Below are positions 1 to 6,340 of a stretch of DNA of 6,340 nt, piece by piece. Position numbers and translations under genes: made by a program. The notes beneath the pieces are model-generated. The model was not told the origin of the DNA, did no database searches, and saw only the letters and a list, made by a program, of their open reading frames with translations. This DNA is from Amoeboradix gromovi X-113 (Eukaryota > Fungi > Sanchytriomycota): positions 1 through 6,340 of the forward strand of contig JADGIF010000588.1 of NCBI GenBank assembly GCA_018985225.1. The letters run 5' to 3'. Position 1 is the first letter of the stretch; every line of letters begins with the position of its first letter.

Positions 1-243
1 TTGCGAGATTTGATGATTTTTAAGAGTCATAATGGCGCTAGCTTTAAATACTATTTCAATCTTCATGATTGTAGTCAATAGTTTCCTTATGTCTCTGAAA
101 ATTGGAAATTGGATTTAGGAAATACAAATACAACTAGATCTTATCTTTTCTGAGCAATATAAAGATAACGAAGTAAAGTAAAATTAAATTTAAGAATTTT
201 CGTATTTGAATTAATTTGTTTTCGTGATTTGATTGGTTGAAAA

Positions 244-264
244 TAGTCTAGTTTTTATATTTGA
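244..264 (-). repeat. Truncated repeat motif copy lacking the TGTCCC end
   Basis: TAGTCTAGTTTTTATATTTGA is the exact 21-bp reverse complement of 5336-5356 and lies 70 bp upstream of the 317-340 copy in direct orientation. Confidence 0.9.
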
Positions 265-316
265 ATCGCAAAATTGTTTTCAAATTGAAATATCTCAAAA
301 TGAAAATTTTCGACTT

Positions 317-340
317 TCTAGTTTTTATATTTGATGTCCC
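317..340 (-). repeat. Repeat motif copy (GGGACATC variant)
   Basis: TCTAGTTTTTATATTTGATGTCCC is the exact 24-bp reverse complement of 5330-5353. Confidence 0.95.
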
Positions 341-812
341 CTTTTCTTTAGTCAACAATACTTAAAATTATAGTCCTCAAGTTTTTACCGCTGTGGAAGG
401 AAATCCAAGTGTATCAAAAAGAGTGAATAGCGTCTAGTCCACGCATTGTTGAGCAACTTGAAGGTAGAGACAAATGAATGTGAAATGAGAAGTTTTTACA
501 GATTCGGTACAGAAGAATGTTGTTTAGAGATTTAGAGGGGTTATCTAGTGAAAACCAATCATCCATGCTTTCTAGTATTGCAGCAGTAGCAGAGTATGTT
601 ATTACCAGTACAATCGAGATATCAACCCAACCGACCAAAATTGCTTTAATTACTACCTTGCTCAAATGTTATCTACCTAAGTAGTCTACATTTCCAAAAT
701 GTTGAACTTCATGCTTAGCGTAGGCACTGAGAGCACTTTTCTACCGAGACTTTTAAAATCGCTGAGCTCATCTAATAATGTGATTCCGAACTAGCTTATC
801 GATTGTTTACAA

Positions 813-1522
813 ATGAGAGCGTCCCACATTTCAACGAAATTAAAGCATGCAATTAGGGAGTATACATTTTGCTAAAAATCAGGGAAGAAACAATGGCTGT
901 AAATACGCAAAACAGCGCAACTGATTCAAGCATTCAGTCTACAAATTCCAAATTAGCTGAAAACCCTGCTCTAGTATTTAGCCAGTCAACGACTCCAGGA
1001 AAAGCTACATATTTCTTACCTGTTGCTAGCAGTAATGACAAAACTACAGTTAGTACAACTAGCACTTCTCAGCCTCCACTTCCAAATCCGAATACAGACA
1101 ATGGCACTCCTTCAAATACCAATCCTGGCATGCAAACTTCAAGTAACCCGGCACCAGGGAGTCCTGCAGATAATAATGGGATTCCAAGTAAATTAGCATC
1201 CTCAGACCCAGGTCCTCTTGTCCAGGATAAGCAGAACATTCCAATAAACTTACCCGTTTTAACTGAAAAGCCGCCCGGTGACAATGTTGTTGTAAAACCT
1301 GCTGATCAAGTAGACGTGAAGGATCCCACGAAATCAGTTGAATACTTTGTGAGCTATGCGTTGACTCAGACTGTTTTAACGGACGGCAAGACTACTAACA
1401 TTTACCAAACTCAAACATTTGCCTCAGTGCGTCCCATTGCACCTAAAGCTAGTACTGGATGTATAGATTCACCTGGAGTATCTTTGCTTCTATTTTTTAT
1501 GTTGGCGCTGTTGAATAAATAA
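813..1522 (+). CDS. Ser/Thr/Pro/Asn-rich low-complexity protein with hydrophobic C-terminal tail (GPI-signal-like or tail anchor); proposed exons 813-859 and 883-1522 (228 aa), alternative start ATG 893
   Basis: ORF of 217 codons in AT-rich DNA with mucin-like composition. It ends ASTGCIDSPGVSLLLFFMLALLNK and has AATAAA over the stop. The 5' end is uncertain and no N-terminal signal peptide is visible. Confidence 0.7.
860..882 (+). other. Candidate 23-nt intron
   Basis: GTATACATTTTGCTAAAAATCAG: GTAT donor as in the HGD intron, TGCTAA branch-point-like motif, CAG acceptor. Excision joins ATG 813 in frame to the main ORF. No homology support. Confidence 0.6.
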
Positions 1523-1986
1523 ATTTTTTGGTCCACTCGCTGCGATAACTAGACTGAATTTTAGAGGAATGTCATATTCATAACTTAGATTGGAAGAAAT
1601 TGTTCACTTTCGTCTCTTCTTTGCCATCGTGGTTTGTCATCATTACATCACCGTGCGTGTACCTGCGTATTTAAGGATTATATGAGACTGAATGTTCATC
1701 AACTTGCTATCCTTCCCATTGAGTAGATCAATCTCTTATTTGGGATAGTTTGAGGACCTCTATGCTCGTGTTTATGGCTTGCATCCATAATAAGTTAATT
1801 TTTGACAGTCACTTTCTTAAATGATTTCTGTTCCTATATATCACAGTATTTTTCCGTTGGTAGCCAGCCATATTTTTGTCATTTCCAAAGATGAATTGAT
1901 TACATACCTCAGAACCGTCCTGCTTTTTAAGTAATTAATCTGGAACAATTTTTGTCATATGAGAAGTAACCTTCTAAATGTTTGTT

Positions 1987-2009
1987 CTAGTTCTCATATT
2001 TGGTCTCTC
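1987..2009 (-). repeat. Degenerate repeat motif copy
   Basis: CTAGTTCTCATATTTGGTCTCTC vs CTAGTTTTTATATTTGGTGTCCC: 19/23 ungapped. Confidence 0.8.
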
Positions 2010-2101
2010 ACATTCCGAAGAACCCAGAAATTTTGCACTTGAAATTATTGAATTTTTTTGATTTGGTTTCTCAACCATTTTATTTTTGAAGCAAGAAAAA
2101 G

Positions 2102-3401
2102 ATGATGGGACATTCATTAAAAAGTGAGGCATTGCCAGGAGCCGTACCATGGCATAACAATCCGCAAGTCTGTCCTTATGGCTTATATTGTGAACAAATT
2201 AGTGGCACTGCTTTTACAGTACCGAGGTCCCAGAATCAGCGAACTTGGGTGTACAGAATCCGCCCACAAGTAGTTCACCATCCATTTGAGTTTGTTCGCG
2301 AATTTCATCCAGAGCCTTCTAAATGCATATCTACACCAAACCAGCTAAGATGGGACCCTTTTCATATTGAAAAATGTCACTTTGTAGATGGTATCAAATC
2401 GCTATGTGTTGGCGGCGATCCAAGTAGCAAAACAGGTATGGCTATCCATATTTACTCATGCGATATAAGTATGGAGAACTCTGCTTTTCAGAATAGCGAT
2501 GGTGATTTCCTGATAGTCCCTCAGCAGGGCACTTTAGATATAGTGACTGAAATGGGAAAATTATTGGTAGAACCATTAGAAATATGTGTAATACCTCGTG
2601 GAATTCGATTTCAAGTCAATGTCTCCGGTCCAAGCCGTGGTTATATATGTGAGGTGTATAATGGCCATTTTGAGCTACCTGATTTAGGCCCTATTGGTGC
2701 AAATGGTTTAGCTGATGCGAAGGATTTCGTTTATCCCACTGCTTCCTACACATACGATAAAAGCAAGGATGCTAATTTCACTATTTATAATAAATTCCAA
2801 AATAACTTGCATAAGTGTAGTGGTTTTACTCCATTTGATGTTGTGGGATGGCAAGGTAACTATTTACCTAGCAAGTACGACCTGCGTAAATTCAATACAA
2901 TGAATTCAGTCTCATGGGATCACCCAGATCCCAGCATATACACGGTGCTGACTTGTAAGACTAGTACACCTGGTGTAGCTGTTTGTGATTTTGTTATATT
3001 TCCACCTCGCTGGTCTGTACATGAGCATACTTTTAGACCGCCATATTTCCATCGAAACTGGTATTTTATTTTAATCTAGCATGACAGAGTTTATGGGTCT
3101 AATAACAGGCCAATATGAAGCTAAGGAACAAGGATTTAATCCTGGGGGAGGATCTTTACACTCAATCTTTACTCCTCATGGCCCAGATGCATCAACATTT
3201 AAGAAAGCATCAAACGCTGAACTAAAACCAGAGAGAATTGCTGAAAATACAATGGCCTTCATGTTTGAGACCTGCATGTGTTTATCACCCACACCATATG
3301 CAATGGAAATCAGTAAAACCTTGCAATCATCATACTACAAAGTATGGCAAGATCTAAAGCCACACTTTAATGAGGATGATAAAGAGGCAAAAATAAAATA
3401 A
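2102..3401 (+). CDS. HGD: Homogentisate 1,2-dioxygenase, two exons (2102-3060, 3080-3401), 426 aa
   Basis: Family motifs [78 protein letters not shown]. Removing 3061-3079 joins the two ORF-track ORFs and restores [16 protein letters not shown] (human PPYYHRNCMSEFMGLI), followed by [12 protein letters not shown]. The His/Glu/His iron ligands are therefore all present. Confidence 0.97.
3061..3079 (+). other. 19-nt spliceosomal intron in HGD (phase 2)
   Basis: Sequence GTATTTTATTTTAATCTAG has GT..AG ends and a TTAAT branch-point-like motif just before CTAG. Excision gives TG|C = Cys in the conserved HRNCM motif and fixes the frame exactly. Confidence 0.93.
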
Positions 3402-3424
3402 ACTATAGTTTAAATTTAATTTAC

Positions 3425-3892
3425 TCATTTGTGCTTCACTATTGTCCATCCGTCATCGTCAATATCTAGTTGCTTGAATTGGTGTTCAACGTGCTCAAAA
3501 CTAGAATCGCAATCATTACAAGAAGATACATCACATGTAATATCATGCTCAACATCATTAGTTAAAAGATATTGCAACGTGTGGCAAGGTTTAGATTCAG
3601 ACTGTTGTTTCAATAAATTCTGATTTAAAGTCTTGTTTTTAGCCATTACCATCATGTGCGCTATTTCAGGACATCCATCCTCAAGGTAGATATGGAACTC
3701 AGCTTCAAGAACATCCATTAGTATGTCCTCGACTTCATCTATGAATGCTTTTTTAGCATAGTAATATGTCTGTAAATGTTCAGTAATAGTATCTACAAAC
3801 CAAATTAGTTTAGTTTTATCAATTTGATTACTTGTATATTGCAGAACAGACCAGTTATAAAATATGAGAGATATGTTTTCTCTGAGAGACAT
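3425..3892 (-). CDS. TSR2: Pre-rRNA-processing protein TSR2 (eS26 escortin) homolog, 155 aa
   Basis: N-terminal W..L..K..W pattern, EVEDILMDVLEAEFHIYLEDG helix (TSR2 'lEd.L...m..EF....ED'), acidic tail ending DDDGWTIVKHK typical of TSR2 C-termini. Recognised by eye; the WGG tripeptide is absent. Confidence 0.85.
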   Translation of the reverse strand: MSLRENISLIFYNWSVLQYTSNQIDKTKLIWFVDTITEHLQTYYYAKKAFIDEVEDILMDVLEAEFHIYLEDGCPEIAHMMVMAKNKTLNQNLLKQQSESKPCHTLQYLLTNDVEHDITCDVSSCNDCDSSFEHVEHQFKQLDIDDDGWTIVKHK

Positions 3893-3981
3893 TTTGAAAC
3901 GGGTGGAGAATTAACGCCATAGGCAGCAAGTTATCTGGATGAGCTGGCATGCAAAATGAAAATGTTGAATTAACTTATTTA

Positions 3982-5292
3982 TTATGATTTTGACTTGTCA
4001 TCGCTATCCATTTTGGTATCATTTTTCGCACCCATAGTAATATCTAGACTGCTCGCACTGGCGTCTATCTGCTGGTTGTTATCAATAGCTTCAGTTAACA
4101 GCAATGCCAATTTATGGCAGGATATTTTGGTGGCTGTCATGTCAATTAAATGCTTAATTAAATCAACATACAATAAATTAGACCTCTTTTTATACAAATT
4201 TTGGCTTACATGCTTAATAAATATAATTAAATCACATATCGATATCACCTTGTCTTTACAGTACATGCAAAGATGATATGATAATGTAGTTTTACTTAGC
4301 ATTGAAGTACTTTGAACCTGCAGAGTATAAAAAGGATGAAAGTACAGGTCGTTGTCACAAATAATACATTTTGAAGGCCTGGAAGGTTTCGAAGGTGACT
4401 TTGGCTTCTCCATCACTCGTGGCGCATTAGGATCAACTGGAAAATAATCCAGTTTGTATGAATCACGAAGCACATTTTCTACTAAAATTCCTGTAACTAT
4501 TTTGTTTTTAAGCATTAGTTGTATTTCTTGAATAATAGGTTGCATAAATGAATGGGTATTTACAAGATTAATCAGCTGAGAAAGATTATCAGCATCTGCA
4601 GTATCTTTTAGATCACAAGTAAAAACTTCAAAATTGTCAATTACTTTATTATCCATTTTGTCGATCCACTTAATGGTGGATTTTGACACATCTTTTATGT
4701 TATAGATCTTGGACTTCAATTCTTGCAATTGAAGTTTCTCGTTAAATAACTCATCCTGTAAAAGTGATATTTTAGTTTTTTGCATTCTAACATCCTGTTC
4801 TAAGTAGAAGTTCTTTTTGTTCTCTTCAGCGACCATACCATTTGCTTCTTCAAATAAAGCACGGCTCAACTCTGACAACTCCGTATTTATTGCGTTCTTC
4901 TCCTCCAAGTAAAATAAAGACTTGTCCTGTTCCTTCAATAACTCAGATTTAAGATTGCTCAATTCGCTGGACATGTCCTGTATTTGGAGTTCATGCTCAA
5001 TATGTCTACTCGCCTCTAAGCCTTGAAGTTGCTCATATTTGAAAGTTACATCCTTCAACTGTTGTGATACTAGAGCATTGGCTTCTTTGAGCTGTGATAC
5101 TTTATTATTCAAATAGTGATTTTTCTCACTAAGAGAGTGATTGTTGTTTTGCAACTGATGAAATTCCTTCAAAAACGAGGGAAACAGGATATTTTCACAC
5201 AACTTGCATTTCAAATTACTAGATCCATTAACTATGACTTGCATATGCATACATTCAGTGTCTTTTGATAAAATAGAAGACTCAACAGACAT
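3982..5292 (-). CDS. SEC2: Sec2/Rabin8-family Rab guanine nucleotide exchange factor, 436 aa
   Basis: Long coiled coil with ELSELSRALFEEANGMVAEE (yeast Sec2 EVEDLTASLFDEANNMVADA). C-terminal Cys-rich region CIIC...LCMYCKDKVISICDLIIFIKHV resembles the Sec2/Rabin8 C-terminal domain. Confidence 0.88.
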   Translation of the reverse strand: MSVESSILSKDTECMHMQVIVNGSSNLKCKLCENILFPSFLKEFHQLQNNNHSLSEKNHYLNNKVSQLKEANALVSQQLKDVTFKYEQLQGLEASRHIEHELQIQDMSSELSNLKSELLKEQDKSLFYLEEKNAINTELSELSRALFEEANGMVAEENKKNFYLEQDVRMQKTKISLLQDELFNEKLQLQELKSKIYNIKDVSKSTIKWIDKMDNKVIDNFEVFTCDLKDTADADNLSQLINLVNTHSFMQPIIQEIQLMLKNKIVTGILVENVLRDSYKLDYFPVDPNAPRVMEKPKSPSKPSRPSKCIICDNDLYFHPFYTLQVQSTSMLSKTTLSYHLCMYCKDKVISICDLIIFIKHVSQNLYKKRSNLLYVDLIKHLIDMTATKISCHKLALLLTEAIDNNQQIDASASSLDITMGAKNDTKMDSDDKSKS

Positions 5293-5329
5293 TAAACGTC
5301 GGGGTAAAACTAATGAAAAATAAACATAA

Positions 5330-5706
5330 GGGACATCAAATATAAAAACTAGACTAACTTTCTGAAATAGTTTGAATCATTATTTCAAGTATGTATTAAC
5401 CGATAGTAAATTAAATTAGTCTGACTGGTTCAAGTAAATTATTTTAGTATAAATGCTTTTCATCCATCAAAATCTTAGAAACAATGATTAACAAGAATAG
5501 AAAAGAAAAAATAATTTATACGAAAGGTGGTAAGAGGAACAAATAAGACACTCAAAGACCTTATTTGAAATAGATGGTGGGCCATCTTGTTTTGTTTTAA
5601 AGAGGTGAATGACATTAATGAGAGGACTTTTATTAATAATAGCATTTCCTCCTTATGGAGCACTTCTTTTAAAAACGACTTGCTCTAGTTTTATATTTGG
5701 TGTCCC
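5330..5706. mobile_element. Putative MITE-like non-autonomous element (377 bp) bounded by imperfect terminal inverted repeats
   Basis: Begins GGGACATCAAATATAAAAACTAG (5330-5352) and ends CTAGTTTTATATTTGGTGTCCC (5685-5706). The interior is AT-rich with no credible ORF. No target-site duplication is seen. Confidence 0.55.
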
Positions 5707-6264
5707 ATTGCGAAATAAAATTAGACGGGAAAAAATAAAGTTGATTTGCCGTAACCCACCTAATGGCGGCCAAATGAAGAGTCATTAAAAGCACCAGCAA
5801 ACTCGAAACTGGAGGATGCGGTATGTGTATCTTGTATTGGAAATACATTAGCTAAGAATATAAAATACCATAATAGAAGGATGGTTTATCCAACAGGAAT
5901 CATCACCTATTGATCACACCTAACTCGCTCTTTTAATCTCCGAGGATCTCGAAAACCAAGAACTTCCACAGAGAAACCGAAAATGCCTCGGACCGTTTAA
6001 GTGATTCCTCATGCTTCGACTAATTTGATGTAGGATCTTATATTGATGTATGTATTTCAGTTGAGCTTTCCTTGCTGCTCTGTGGTAAATATATACTTGT
6101 AGATGACCATTTCCAAAGTCTTTGATAACTCTGCCCCTCGGAATTCCTTCGGCAGAGCAGTGGCATGTTTCTGAAGGTCTTTTTTGTTTATTGTATAAGT
6201 CCTTTGCATATAAGACGGTCTCTCTTGAGGAAGAGTTGGAAACACTAGGTGACTTTCGAACATC

Positions 6265-6340
6265 TGGGACACCAAATATAAAAACTAGACTAACTCGTTT
6301 TTAAAGGAGGTGCACCATACGGAGGAAATGCTATCATTAA
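6265..6340 (+). repeat. Inverted copy of 5633-5707, truncated by the window end
   Basis: Manual alignment of the reverse complement of 6265-6340 to 5633-5707 gives 67/76 identities (8 substitutions, 1 gap). It includes the motif GGGACACCAAATATAAAAACTAG at 6266-6288. Confidence 0.95.

Noticed and set aside
1-137. Minus-strand ATG at 66 open to the window edge (MKIEIVFKASAIMTLKNHQISQ) and a weak motif trace at ~118-137
   Set aside because: Only 22 codons are visible, and the motif match needs gaps in AT-rich DNA. Neither can be supported without flanking sequence.
323-333. 10/11 match of the motif core (TTTTATATTTG) to the S. cerevisiae ARS consensus
   Set aside because: An AT-rich near match is expected by chance, and sequence-defined origins of this type are specific to budding yeasts. 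An origin role is unsupported here.
244-340. CRISPR-like array (direct repeats 70 bp apart)
   Set aside because: Only two tandem copies, the remaining copies are dispersed and inverted, the context is eukaryotic, and there are no cas genes.
414-665. 83-aa minus-strand ORF
   Set aside because: Non-ATG start and no recognisable family. It mirrors the broken plus-strand frame.
792-794. Stop-codon reassignment (TAR = Gln)
   Set aside because: The conserved genes contain no internal TAA/TAG and end in TAA or TGA at the expected positions.
3061-3080. HGD as a split gene, pseudogene or programmed frameshift
   Set aside because: A canonical GT-AG 19-nt excision restores the conserved motif exactly.
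1059-4276. Short ORFs 1059-1244, 1069-1284, 2715-2903, 3429-3623 and 3995-4276
   Set aside because: Antisense or alternate-frame shadows of well-supported genes.
5475-5663. 62-aa minus-strand ORF inside the repeat unit
   Set aside because: Non-ATG start, low-complexity AT-derived residues and no transposase motifs.
5648-5689. Helitron 3' end (CTCC-TTAT-GGAG hairpin followed by CTAG|T)
   Set aside because: Conservation continues ~19 bp past CTAG in the full-length copies, the hairpin is broken in the 6265-6340 copy, and copies occur as inverted pairs.
5321-5716. Target-site duplication for the 377-bp unit
   Set aside because: Flanks TAAACATAA and ATTGCGAAA do not match, so no superfamily (PIF/Harbinger, MULE, Merlin) can be assigned.
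6303-6312. AAAGGAGGTG Shine-Dalgarno or 16S 3'-end-like sequence
   Set aside because: Not conserved in the sister copy (5661-5670), no rRNA similarity around it, and the locus is eukaryotic.

Overview
AT-rich, very gene-dense eukaryotic nuclear DNA read in the standard genetic code. It looks fungal or opisthokont-like and reduced; the taxon is an inference. Three housekeeping genes are recognisable: homogentisate 1,2-dioxygenase (2102-3401, +, split by a 19-nt GT-AG intron), TSR2 (3425-3892, -) and a Sec2/Rabin8-type Rab GEF (3982-5292, -). A Ser/Thr/Pro/Asn-rich protein with a hydrophobic C-terminal tail (813/893-1522, +) probably carries a 23-nt intron. Outside these genes a ~23-30 bp motif, consensus GGGACAYCAAATATAAAAACTAGAcTaa, occurs as 4 near-perfect copies, 1 truncated copy and 1-3 degenerate copies in both orientations, and never inside the four genes. 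The copies delimit 380-480 bp units with unrelated interiors, and two share an inverted repeat of at least 75 bp that runs off the window end. The most notable observations are this uncharacterised repeat system, the ultra-small introns, and poly(A)-like hexamers overlapping all four stop codons.
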